Source of the DNA: Octopus bimaculoides
Lineage: Eukaryota
DNA: 64,000 nt
Assembly: GCF_001194135.2 (NCBI RefSeq)
Contig: NC_069002.1
Span: 35,042,155 to 35,106,154 of the forward strand
Direction of reading: 5' to 3'
The notes below the pieces were generated by a model. It did no database searches. It saw only the letters and a list, made by a program, of their open reading frames with translations, and was not told where the DNA came from. The position numbers and the translations under genes are program-made. Positions 25,590 to 37,844 of this stretch are shown here, in pieces (position 1 is the stretch's first letter; every line of letters starts with the position of its first letter).

Positions 25590-26290
25590 TCGACTTCCCT
25601 AACTTGCTTCCATACATTCACTCCTCCATCTACTCAAGTTTAAATCTTTGAGCCCTACGAAGTGTATTCCATACAGAGAATATCTGTCTAGGAGCTGCCT
25701 TCCAAGTCTTATGCTATCGGCCTCATGTACGCAAACTTGGTCAAGGGATGCACATCCACGCTTGGTGGTTAAAATATGTTGCCGGAGGGATATGATGCGA
25801 CATGACGTAAATCTTCTGACACGTTCTTTACGTTTTAGGTAGAAGCAGCCTACCTCCCTGTTTATGTCGGGATTATGTGTGCTTGTTAGTATTTTTCGGG
25901 TGTTCATACCATTAGCTCGGATCTCATCAAGCGTCCAATTAAGCAACCCAAGTGTTGGCATGAGTGCTGGTACGGCAAACAAATTGTTGGCCATTGTTTT
26001 ATTGAATGGAGAGAGTTCTGAATGCCAATTTTTCTTTATTTGGCTGTAATATTCTTTAGTGGCACGTGTTTTGTTACAGGTGCCATTGTAAGATATATTC
26101 TCATCCGCCAATGTATACCTGTAACATTCCTCGTCAGATACAGGGGAAACAGTCAAATGATTGATAGAGATGTTACTAGTTTCCCCCCTTTTCACAACCA
26201 TGTAACAACACTTATCCTGACCAAATTCCAACCTTACATCCTTTGAGAATGTTGCTACTAGGTCAAAACCGCTGCGAAGCAGCACACGAT
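25590..26290 (-). mobile_element. R4/Dong-clade non-LTR retrotransposon RT C-terminal fragment (decayed)
   Basis: ORF 25599-26285 reads FSKDVRLEFGQDKC...YRY...ELSPFNKTMANNLFAVP...GLLNWT..EI...TRKILT...FYLKRKE. This matches the R4/Dong pattern FS.DI.MEFG.DKC..NK..AIN.FAVP...WT..E...TRK.L...LY..RK.GGRG. The YGDD catalytic part is absent. Confidence 0.8.
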
Positions 26291-26351
26291 CAAAATTTTA
26301 CAAAAGCAGTTCAACAGACAGAAAAAAACGACAAGTTGTTAGGATATTATT

Positions 26352-26494
26352 TTCTACTCAAAGCACAAGGCCCGAAACTTTTGGGAAAGGGATCAGTCGA
26401 TTAGATCGACACCAGTACGTAATTGGTACTTAATTTATCGATCCCAAAAGGATTAAAGGCAAAATCGACCTCGGCGGAATTTGAAATCAGAAGG
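26352..26494 (-). mobile_element. SINE family B, 5'-truncated, with 19-bp target-site duplication
   Basis: Flanks are AAGTTGTTAGGATATTATT (26333-26351) and AAGTTGTTAGGATTTTATT (26495-26513). Body GGCAAAATCGACCTCGGCGGAATTTGAA. Confidence 0.9.
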
Positions 26495-27217
26495 AAGTTG
26501 TTAGGATTTTATTAAAAGATGTTATAGTATATAAAGTTAAACAGATAGTTTTTCCTGCTGCACTGTAACGTCAGGATGAAGTCCATTGTTAAAATGGGGG
26601 CAGCAAGGTGTTTTTAGCCAAACTGAAATTCTAAGAAATTGACTAGACCTTAGCTAACCTTTATAAGCAGAAATAATAGTATTCTCCAGTTTTTTTTTTT
26701 TCTGTGAGAATAAATTCAATTGGATTCTGGAAGCTGCGAACGCCTGTTTAGTTTATACACTTTGTGGTAGGCATTTATGGAATTATTTTATGCTCCGTGA
26801 ATTCGCCGGAACATTTTGCTTGTCAGTTTTAAAATAATTTCTGTGTCACATCTGGGTGAGTACAAAAAAAATCTCTTCAGTTATGTTATTGTAATATTTA
26901 TGCGAATTTTGAACCCTGCATTTGTGGCAGGTTCTGTGGTAATTTTGCTAGCTATTTTATGTTAAGATAAATGTTAAAAATTGTATAAATAGCTAAAAGG
27001 TGTATGAATTTTTCATTAAGTCAAATTTTTCTATTAGACAACTAACTGTAAATTTTGTGTAATGGTTACACACCATGCTGTTCATGAAGTAGTTTTGTGT
27101 GAATTTAAAGCCAACAACATTTTTTGTTTATTTAATGTTTTAACTATAATTATTGATGTAATGTGGCAGCCGTTATGTGTCATCAACTTCTAAGTTTAAA
27201 TGGTTGCTTTGACATTA

Positions 27218-27415
27218 GAAATCCGAGGTTCTAAAACCGAATTTGTGAAGCCAGATTTCATGAAATCCAAATTTTCGGAATCCATATTTTTTTTAAATCA
27301 AAATTTGTGATGCCAGGTTTTGTGTGAGGCCAATTTTCGTGAAACCAAAATTTCTAAGCCAGAGGTACGAATGCATGTTTGTCAAGCGGGGATTCTGAGT
27401 CCGAATTTCTGAACT
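27218..27415. repeat. Degenerate ~14-15-bp tandem repeat
   Basis: Units GAAATCCGAGGTTCT / AAAACCGAATTTGT / GAAGCCAGATTTCAT / GAAATCCAAATTTTC / GGAATCCATATTTTT / AAATCAAAATTTGT / GATGCCAGGTTTTGT / GAAACCAAAATTTCT. Confidence 0.6.
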
Positions 27416-28723
27416 ACACAGACACACACACACACACACATATATATAAGCAAAACATTCAAACACAGAGATTTGAAATGAGATATCACTAGTGTTCAGC
27501 AGTGGCATAGGTTGATCGCAGGCACATTAGCATTATATAGCTATGAATTTTAAATTTGCACGAAGCGTAATGATTATTAACAAGCCTCTGCCTGCTAGAA
27601 ACAAGAGCTAAATTCTTAAATTAACGCTCGGAAAACATATATGCGAAACCTTCAAAATGTGTAATTCTAATTTTAAAGCTACTCAAAGTTTTGTGAATTT
27701 GTCGATTATTATATTCAGCAAATACTTTTAGTTAGAAAATTTTGATTTTGTAAGTTGTAAACACAAAATCTGAATTTATCAATTATTCTAACATTAATTC
27801 CATTTATTTTAAAAGATTTGCAAATTTAAACACACGTTTCCGATTTTGTCAATTATTTTACTTTTGTTAAATAAAAGTTTCTGCTAATTAATCAAGAAAA
27901 TGTTTTGCTCGCATCTTAATAAGAAGCCAAACCGTAGCCTTTGGAAATTGCATTAAGTATAGTCTAAACGTGAATCATAAAAGTCGTTAACAAATCTATC
28001 GATGATAGACAGAAGTTTCTTCGATTGTTTATTTAATTTTTTTAGATCCGTGCCAAAAATAGTAATTAACAGAATAAAATCACAAACACAATGTTAGGCG
28101 ATACTAAAGTGAAAAAAGATCGCTATTAGAAATATAAAATTTAAATAACTAAAAGTAACTGTGATAAACAAACAATGGTTGTAGTAAAGATTATGGAGTC
28201 GTAGTGTAAAACTATGGAGATAATGAATAAATTGAAAGAATAGACAAAGGAATTACGATCTCTTTAATGAATGGTTTAGGAAACGCGATACAGATTATTT
28301 GCATGTGATGCTGAAACATTTGAGGGCAAAAAAAATGTACGAACTTACGAACACATAAACATTTATTTAAACGTAAATCGGATGTATAATAAGCGAATTG
28401 CACGCCCGTATTTGAAGGAAGCTGACAGTTTGGTAAAACTGTGGATGAGTGGAAAGCAACCACACATTACAAAATGCCACAATATATGTGTGTCTGTATG
28501 GGAGGGTTCGTGTGTTAAATGTTTATATATTTTTCTGAACGAAAAAATATATTCACATTTCACCATAAGTAACACTATGCACAGCCCTCTCTCTCCTCCT
28601 TCTGTCTCTATATACACACATAAATATATATATATTTTTATACACATAGATGCACTCCTTACTGTATGTGTGTGCGTATATAGATATATATATATATATA
28701 TATGCACACATACATATATAGAT

Positions 28724-28724
<1 letters not shown>

Positions 28725-28788
<64 letters not shown>

Positions 28789-28826
28789 GATTATAGTGTA
28801 TATATATATATATATATATATATATT
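28725..28826. repeat. (TA)n microsatellite
   Basis: Direct reading. Confidence 0.95.
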
Positions 28827-29602
28827 CATCTAAGCGTGTATAATTCCTGTGGATTTATTCGAGATTATTTCTTTGAATTGAAGCCGATCCTTCATTCAGT
28901 AAGAAATCTTTGATTTCATTCAAGACAGTTCATTAGATTTGTGCATACATACAATTCGAGTGTGCATATATGTACGTCTATTTATTTGTGTAGTTGTGTG
29001 TATATTGCACTTAGAAAACCCTACGATTTTTATGGTCGTATACAAATCTATTACTTCATAATCCGCCGCACCTATGAAAAATAGTGCACATGAATGTCAA
29101 TACTCTTCATGCCATAGCTCGAGTAACAAATATTCGCATCATCTATAATATTTGATGACCCATTTGCTGAAGTTCAAAAGTTTCGCTCCATGTCCCATAT
29201 AATATCGCACCTATCGCATTTAAGCCGAGCTACTTTCTTTGTTGGGAGGTTTAACCAGTGGTCTCTGTTTTTGAAGGTGTCATATAGTGTGTTTGGTCTT
29301 GTTTTACTATGGCCAAGTGATCAGTCTCTTCTGCGTATAGTTTCGTAGGATTTTAGAAACTTTTAAATATAAAGCTAAGGATTTTTGTTTTACACTGGCA
29401 ACGTCAAATTGACACATGCTATCACAAAGTAAATTTCTAAAGGTATCTGCATCTTAACTGTTGGTCAAATATATCGTATCTAACTCCTCGAGTGAAGGTA
29501 CACACTTTCTAGGTGTGATGCATTTATACCAAATCTAAGGGAGGCTACTATTCCTGCAATGTTGCTATCCTGAAGCTAACGGGTGGATACAATTGTAGGA
29601 AT

Positions 29603-29680
29603 TGTCTGTCACTGTGTATTAAGAAGCTTGCAACCGGACCACATGATCCCGACTTCAGTCCCTTGCATGGCAAGCCTTTT
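29603..29680 (+). mobile_element. SINE family A head fragment
   Basis: GTCACTGTGTATTAAGAAGCTTGCAACCGGACCACATGATCCCGACTTCAGTCCC. Confidence 0.6.
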
Positions 29681-29713
29681 CCGAAAGAAATCATAAATGA
29701 TTATAATAATAAT

Positions 29714-29926
29714 TATTATTTCTTTATTGCCCACAAGGGGCTAAACATAGAGGGGACAGACAAACGGATTAAGTCGATTACATCGACCCAATGCGTAATT
29801 GGTACTTATTTAATCGACCCCGAAAGGATGAACGGCAAAGTCGACCTCGGCGGAATTTGAACTCAGAACGTAACGGCAGACGAAATACTGCTAAGCATTT
29901 CGCCCGGCGCGCTACCGGTTCTGCCA
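29714..29926 (-). mobile_element. SINE family B, young copy embedded in (AAT)n
   Basis: Matches 11225-11459 in reverse, including the TTTAGCCCCTTGTGGGCAATAAAGAAATAA tail. (AAT/ATT)n lies on both sides. Confidence 0.9.
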
Positions 29927-29974
29927 ATAATAATAATAATAATAAGCACGAGCAGTAATAGTGGGGGAGCAATG

Positions 29975-30513
29975 ACACGATGCAGCACCAGACAATGGCT
30001 CCCATGGTTTCTAATCTTAACTGATTGGAAGTGTTATCATGTACATTTTTTTTTGTCTTGGTATAAAAGATTGGCTACAGCAGATATTCTGCTCAGATAT
30101 GCTTGTCAGTTGCCAGACCTTTACCAGTTGAGCATGCCCCTTAGCGGCTGATGGTATGTGCTTCCCTGATCACGAGCAGAAGTAGTGGAAGAGCCATCAT
30201 AGACATGTCTTGAGAGGAATGTTTTGGGGTCTGAATAATTCACTTCTGGAAACATGGGTGTTTCGTTCAACATTCTTCAACAATCTTTATTGAGGGACCT
30301 TTTGAGCAAGATAGGCTACTCGACCGGAACAATTTTAACTGGGCACCATCTGCTAGCTCATGCACTGTTTATCATGGTAGGAAATGACCATTTCGCGCGC
30401 ATATCGTTGTGGCGTCTGGTGTGCGCTTATCAGACGGGTAGTCATGATGGGTATACTGGGCTTCGTATATTTTACCCCAGCTTCACTTTGATGGTATGCA
30501 TTTCTCCATCACT
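29975..30513. mobile_element. Unclassified ~540-bp interspersed repeat, family D, copy 1
   Basis: Shares colinear blocks with 57135-57660 and 63425-63802 (TAACTGATTGG, CCAGTTGAGCAT, TGATCACGAGCA, GGTAGTCATG, CGTATATTTTACCCCAG). Flanked by (AAT)n. Confidence 0.85.
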
Positions 30514-31449
30514 CAATAATAATAATAATGACAGAACTACTAATATTACTACCGCATGAGTACTACTGGTGGCAGCGGCAGTAAAACTAGCAACCGCAAT
30601 GGTAGGAACCACAACATTTGCGAAAACCAAATAAAGTAAAAAAAAAAATTTAAAAAAAAAAATTAAAAATCAAAACATTAACATCAATGAATTTTCTAAA
30701 TGTTTCATACATAATTACCGGAAATAATTTTTAAGAGAACATAGGCTTAATTTTTTTTTCCAATTAAATGAATTCGGAATAGATATGATTGAAATTCAAG
30801 TGAAAAATCACTTTTTCTTATCTGTACGTATATATGAATTATTATCTTATATCAAAAATATATTTCTCTATCTAAAAAATATATCTTTCATTTTTTTCCT
30901 TTACTTCTTTTTTGCGTTGTATTTGCTTCGATGAATGCATTCTAGCTGATCACTCATTACTATTCCTTCCAAACGATTTATCTCTACCAAACTGAAGTCA
31001 TATTAATTATGTTAACACGAACTATGCTTTTGATTTTATAAACGAAATATCAAGCGCTGCATAATATAATTTTTACATTATTTTGCGTTAAATATTTACA
31101 AACGAGATATGTAGATATATACACTATATATATATGTATGTGTGTGTGTGTTTGTATGCGGTTGTGTACTGTATAAATGTGTAGATAATTTGAGTTTGTA
31201 ATGTGTAGTATGGACATCCATATGTCAGGTGAGCGAGTTTATAGCGAGATGCAACAACTTATCTTATGAAGCACTGACTAAAATTTTTCATGAAATTTAA
31301 AACATATCTAATTGCGTACTGATTTATGCTTGCATATGTATCGGTGATTGGATATCTGTGTGTGTATATGCACACGTATATACATGCTGAAATAATTGGT
31401 ACATGTACATCTGTGTTTTCTTACTGGTGTATGTACTTATACACACGCG

Positions 31450-31451
<2 letters not shown>

Positions 31452-31517
<66 letters not shown>

Positions 31518-31552
31518 ACGCGTGTATGTATATATATATATATAAATATGTG

Positions 31553-31590
<38 letters not shown>
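31452..31590. repeat. (CA)n + (TA)n microsatellites
   Basis: Direct reading. Confidence 0.95.
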
Positions 31591-31599
<9 letters not shown>

Positions 31600-31639
31600 T
31601 CGTGTGCACCCGCACGCGTACGCGTGCTCTCGAGTTTGT

Positions 31640-31975
31640 CATCTCGAAATAACTTCGTGAAACTATTTTGCTTGCATGACTTCGTACATGACTTTTCATG
31701 CCTCCTTTCGACTTCATCACTTTGTCACACATGTTGCACTTCAAACTGTGTTGTGGGAGCAACTTCATTTGCTTCATATATCATCATGTTACCCCAGGTT
31801 GCTCTTGAAACCAGCAATGGACTGACAGGTTCTTCGAAATATTTCGATTTGGCTATCTTTGTTTGCACATTTTGAATTTATGACACACACGTGACCTGTA
31901 ATGTGCACGTTTTCAGCCATGTGCATATTTCTTGAGTGCTAAACCTGCATGTCACCACATTCCCATCGCCATTTA
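31640..31975 (-). mobile_element. RTE-type LINE ORF2 3' end with C2H2 zinc finger(s), decayed
   Basis: Perfect C-x2-C-x12-H-x3-H finger CNMCDKVMKSKGGMKSHVRSH (31676-31738). It is preceded in another frame by a degenerate finger RTCQSIAGFKSNLG*H and by a DKWRW motif, like RTE C-termini. It runs into a microsatellite tail. Confidence 0.65.
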
Positions 31976-32049
31976 TCTATTATATATATATATATATATA
32001 TGTATATGTATATATATATGTATATATATGTGTATATATATATATATAA

Positions 32050-32128
32050 GTAGGCGTCGCTGTGTGGTAAGAAGCTTGCTTCCCAACCGCATGGTTCATG
32101 GTTCAGTCCCTTTGCGTGGCACCTTGGA
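32050..32128 (+). mobile_element. SINE family A head (3'-truncated)
   Basis: GGCGTCGCTGTGTGGTAAGAAGCTTGCTTCCCAACCGCATGGTTCATGGTTCAGTCCCTTTGCGTGGCACCTTGG. Confidence 0.85.
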
Positions 32129-32161
32129 TCTGATTGACGGAGATAGATAGATAGATGTGTG

Positions 32162-32197
<36 letters not shown>

Positions 32198-34061
32198 TTC
32201 TGAAATATTACAGCTCTTCCGCTAGCATGTGTACCTACATCGAACTTGAGCGTTTGTCATGCACCAGATAATAATCTGAATAAATAATTAATGCGAAACT
32301 ATATTCAATTTAAAGTTGCAATTCCAGTATTTCTGATAAGATGTTATGCAAGGAGCCTCTGAGGGCCCTAACCTCACGACCATTCCAGAAATACCGAGCG
32401 GATAAAATGAATAGATGGATTTTAAGTGATGGCCGCTTCAGCGTGAAATAATTAGCTATGCTACCACCTATCTACATTCATGAGTACACGTTTATTACAT
32501 AGCTCCGCAACAATGACATACTTGATTTGTTTATCTCTTTCACTTGCAGTCATAAGTGCCCTTGAATCACAGCACTTCATACGCCTGGTCAGATATTTCT
32601 AAACGCTGAAATGATTTCTTTTTCGAGAAGGTTTCAGCCAAAATTTATTTCAACTATTTGCCCCGTAACGGAAGTTGTTGCTTTGGGAGATCGTTGTTTT
32701 GATAATGCAAGATCCATTGAATTACCACATATACACTATTAAGCCTTTCGATATACATACGCACAAAAGGCGCTCACAAACACTCAGATGCACACGTACA
32801 CACATATATCTTAGAGAGAGAGGGAGAGAGTGGAAATAATGAGAGAGATTTTGCATATATAGTTTCATGCATATATATTTCGTGTACATACACGCAGCTT
32901 GATAAAGTTTCATGCAACTCGGGTAGTTTTTAACATCAACATTATAGAGATTTCAAATCGTACTAAGAGGAAAATATTTCACAAGCTCATGACAACGTAC
33001 GTGCCCTATATTTGTTGTTGTTTCCTCTACAAATATCGGTAGATGTATGAAATGGTGTACCTGGACTCTTCTTCAATGAAACTATATCAATCAGAATCGG
33101 TGTCTTTGGTATAGGAGATAAAATGACCATGATTGGATTTCGGACTACTATTCACAGAATGCAACATCGGAAAATTATCTTAAACGGCCCACAAGTTTTG
33201 ACAGCAGTCTCTATATATTTTATACGTTTTTCAAAGCCCAACTCGCTACTGAAAACTCCACTGATTTAGTTCTTCTATAAAATTTGTGCAAATATTCATC
33301 AACGAAAATTATAGCCTATTAGTATTTGAAGGGAAAAGTGAGAGAACCTGACATAAAAACTCAGCATATCAGATAAGTTTTTACATCAGCAGTAATGATG
33401 TTGTATGATGTATTCTGAATTTTCCCATTTAGGAGTAATAATGCAGGATTATGCATCTGAAATTCGATTTAGTGAATGAGGAAAGAACTTAATTCACAAA
33501 AGAAACACCCGTACACCAATTACACAATCAATCTGGAGCCAAACTAATAGCGTTCTTTGGATTTTTCAAATGTGAGGTCTATCAGAGGAATATTATCAAC
33601 TACCATGTTCCCAAATATTAAATCTGGGAATGAGTGAAGGAAAATAGTAAGATATCAGTGGGTAACTATCTGTAGCCAAAATCATACAAGAAGCGATACG
33701 TACCAAATTAATACCGAAAACCTTCATCTTACCATAAGTGAAGCATATCTCTCTGGATTTTCTATTAAATTCAGATCCAGTACTTTAATGTACAACGTTT
33801 CGTTAACAAATACGTCTATGCAAAGAAAGCGATTGAAGATAGAAAACGATAAATAATGGGTATATACGCATATTTCTAGGGTTATTGTTCTTTCATCGCA
33901 GATCAGCTAATCCATAAAATCCATCAAAGGACAATAATCCTTGAAATACGCATGTAACCGCTATATTGTTTCTTTTTTTTTGTTCTAACTTTTACAAAGA
34001 CGCATCTGTTTACGAAACGACGTAATTGACAGTGCTACCTCTGAAATCTATAGATATAAAC

Positions 34062-34064
<3 letters not shown>

Positions 34065-34142
<78 letters not shown>
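34065..34142. repeat. (TA)n microsatellite
   Basis: Direct reading. Confidence 0.95.
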
Positions 34143-34144
<2 letters not shown>

Positions 34145-35449
34145 CAGATACACTTGCATACATAAATACTATAATTTAAAAGATTCTTAACTGCTGTATA
34201 GATCACGAGGGTTTGTTTCTTACGGTGATAAGAGCATCGCCAAACCACGTTGTTTACAATATATGATTAAATGCATTACGCTGCGGGTTACCCAAGAGTT
34301 TATGTTTAAGAAAGAGATACCAGATAGCGGTACTGTATACAGTATGTCTAAAAACTGAAGAGAGAATTTCAAGTTAAATTTCTTTGATAATTACTATTCT
34401 GAATGGGAGAGGTAGATGGATATCAACCATTTACGAAATACACAGCCAGATCCTCTTATCGCCATACGGGTGCACCACTTGCTAAAATTAAATCTTAATC
34501 CGTTAAGGAGGCTGCGTTTGTCTGCCTAAGACCTTATTGCATGCACACACTCGCACGCAACATGGTCTCAGTCAGATACACGTGGTATCCGTAACGGACT
34601 ACGAAGAAAGTCATTGAAAAGGTTTCCAGTAGCAACGAAAGTGCTGTAGTAAATAATACCAAAACAAATGAGTTAGTATTTAACTAAATTAGACAGAGAA
34701 TCGATTAATTAGATGCATGTTTAAACAATTGACTAATAATAAAAGGCGTGGAATTGAACCAGAGCGTGTGTTAATAATATCGGCATAATCACTCTACCTA
34801 GATACGACGAAATTCGTTTCAACACACGAATTCACATAAAGTGCCTTGCAATACAAATACAAGAACGAAGAAGAATAACATTAGCAATAAAATGAAAAGC
34901 AGAATATAGAAGATATATAAAAGTTGGTGAAAGGAGATTTAGATGCATGTCATCATAGGAATTATTCCGATGTCTGTTAACGGAATACGAACCAAGATAA
35001 GAAAAGCATCGATGCTAATATATAATTTGAAGTTAACAAACTTTCAAAATTGAAAACAAAATTTTCGTAATAAAAATCGAAAGGAGAAAAACAACACCAC
35101 CAGAAATGCGAGAATTAATACATATGTGGTGTTATAACAAAAGACAGTATCATTTTAGCGTCATTAATGAAACCAATATTACTACTCAATATACAAGTGA
35201 GAGACAAAGCAAAGATTTGATCAAAATTATTAATGACATACACGATATTCGCATTAAGAATGTCTTTATTGACCCGAGTTCTTTTTCTCAGTTATTTTAT
35301 TTCTTTTGGTTTTTTGTTAGTGAATGTTCTTTTTGGTTACGATATTTGTATGTATTGAGTAGAACATTCAACTATAAAAAAAATTGAAGAGGTATATACA
35401 GATACATAATAACATACACACACGTACATAAGACATATACGTATGAAAA

Positions 35450-35501
35450 TATGCATACATACGCATTTATATAGATACACATGCATACGTATATACACAT
35501 A

Positions 35502-35536
<35 letters not shown>

Positions 35537-35546
35537 NNNNNNNNNN

Positions 35547-35590
<44 letters not shown>

Positions 35591-35731
35591 AATATGTATA
35601 CAATATATGTATTATGTATATGCATATGTGTGTGCGTACATACACACATATATATGTATATATATATATATATGCCAATATGTATACAATATATGTATAT
35701 GCATATATGTGTGTGCGTACATACACACATA

Positions 35732-35792
<61 letters not shown>

Positions 35793-35930
35793 TTATGTAT
35801 TTGTATGTAAATATATACATATACGTATACACACATATTTATGTATATGTATATATATTTCTATCTATCTATCTATCTATGTATATATATATGCATTGTA
35901 TGTATGCATCCATGTGTGTATACATGTGAG
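35450..35930. repeat. (TA)-rich low-complexity tract with an ~85-bp tandem duplication
   Basis: CCAATATGTATACAATATATGT...GTGTGTGCGTACATACACACATAT occurs at ~35589 and again at ~35675. Confidence 0.85.
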
Positions 35931-36356
35931 TGTATTTAAGATAGATAAATATGATATTTCTTAAAAAGTAACTGTTTGAGTGAATCAAGTATGACAGTGA
36001 ATAAAAGTAGTCATTGGATATTTGAAATGCTCTCACTGATATGACGTATATCAGTGATGACAGAGAGAATGGCTGCTAGCAAAGAAACACTGACGTGCAG
36101 ACGTACAGATTGTTATCAAAATCGCCAATCGCGCATACAGGGATGCATCCGAATCACACACATATTGAAAAATGATAATTATTATAAAAAGAACATCCCT
36201 CCTAAACCTGGCAGGTGACTGTAAACTGAGTTTGCTTTTTTTTATATATATATATTTCATTTATTGATTTATGTATTGGTTACAATCAATGTCTTTTGAC
36301 TATATTATAAATACATTCACATGCGCGTATACTTACACTCGTGTAAGCATATTGTG

Positions 36357-36737
36357 TTGGCACTCCGTCCCTTACGACGTCGAGGGTTCCAGTTGATCTG
36401 ATCAACGGAACAGCCTGCTCGCGAAATTAACGTGCAAGTGGCTGAGCACTCCACAGACACGTGTACCCTTAACGTAGTTCTCGGGGAGATTCAGCATGAC
36501 ACAGTGTGTGACAAGGCTGGCCCCTTTGAAATACAGGTACAACAGAAACAGGAAGTAAGAGTGAGAGAAAGATGTGGTGGAAGAGTACAGCAGGGTTCGC
36601 CACCATCCCCTGTCGGAGCCTCGTGGGGCTTTAGGTGGTTTCGCTCAATAAACACTCACAACGCCCGGTCTGGGAATCAAAACCGCGATCCTATGACCGC
36701 GAGTCCGCTGCCCTAACCACTGGGTCATTGCGCCTGC
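36357..36737 (-). mobile_element. tRNA-derived SINE family C, full length
   Basis: Minus strand head GGCGCAATGACCCAGTGGTTAGG (A box)...GGTTTTGATTCCC (B box). Tail GTTGATCAGATCAACTGGAACCCTCGACGTCGTAAGGGACGGAGTGCCAA. About 90% similar by eye to 48645-48997. Confidence 0.9.
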
Positions 36738-37094
36738 ACTGTACAAGTATAAGCACGCATTAATCACACATTGTACCTGTAGCGTTTTACATTTCTCTAC
36801 TACGATACTGAAACACATTGACAGCCACGTTCGAGTATCGCTGTTAATGTGTTTCAGCGGATTGTTCGGCCTCCAGATATTAGAATGGCACGTGGTTAAC
36901 AATTGAGCATCCATAGCGCTGACAATTTTGGGATCATTAAGCACCAAGGTTTAGCTGAATGGCGGAAAATTTGTTCGGACTCAGAAAACATGTGGCGCAT
37001 TAGATTTAGTAGACGATTTGAATAGCAAATTTGTGTCCGGCAAACATTGTGTGGAAGAACAAAATGTGGTAGAGGGCTACATACCTTCACAAAT

Positions 37095-37200
37095 ATACTC
37101 AGAACGTAAGAGCAGACGAAATTCCGCTTAGCATTTCGCCCGGCGCGCTAACGTTTCTGCCAGCTTGCCACGTGCTAATGATTCTGCCAACTTTCCACCT
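37095..37200 (-). mobile_element. SINE family B head with tandemly duplicated 5' end
   Basis: GCTAACGTTTCTGCCAGC is followed by GCTAATGATTCTGCCAAC. Confidence 0.8.
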
Positions 37201-37808
37201 TTAATGATTCTCTAATATTGATCTCATTGAACGTTGTCAGTCAACTGCAAAAGACGACGAGCGAATTGAACATACCGCTTGTGTACTTGAATATGAGAAG
37301 GCTGCCAACCCTATGGAATACCCACTGTTCTTTCGTTTCAGCCATAGCAAAAATCGGTGGACAAGGGAGAAACATTGCAGAGAAAATATGCGCCATGTGA
37401 CAGTAATACTCTAACGAACAACGCCGGGCCGCAGACTGATGACTGATGGCCGCATCAAGTGAATTTCAGTGCTGAAAGCCTGCTCTACAAAGGGTTTGTC
37501 CTACAGAGCAGGTTTCCAGTTACTTTTCGGTACCACCTTGTCTATGTCAGCGATACACATTTTGATGAGTATGCAACGCTCATACCGCACCGGAAGTCGA
37601 AGTCAAAACGGAAATAAAAAAAGTCGTTTACTTATTTATATAAAGAAATAACATCATGTCGACAATGATCAATATACCCCCCTTCCCCCATATGTATGTG
37701 TGTGTGTAAATACAATACACAATTATGCAAAGCACAATGTAAACATACACACACATACACACCCATATATTTACATGTATGTAACTTCATACATTTTAAA
37801 TACATACT

Positions 37809-37844
<36 letters not shown>

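Noticed and set aside
36069-36214. 49-codon ATG-initiated frame ending at CAG/GTGACT
   Set aside because: No recognisable protein; its length is within chance expectation.
36432-36716. Two near-identical ORFs (36432-36716 + and 48519-48959 -) suggesting a duplicated gene
   Set aside because: Both are the antisense reading of SINE family C.
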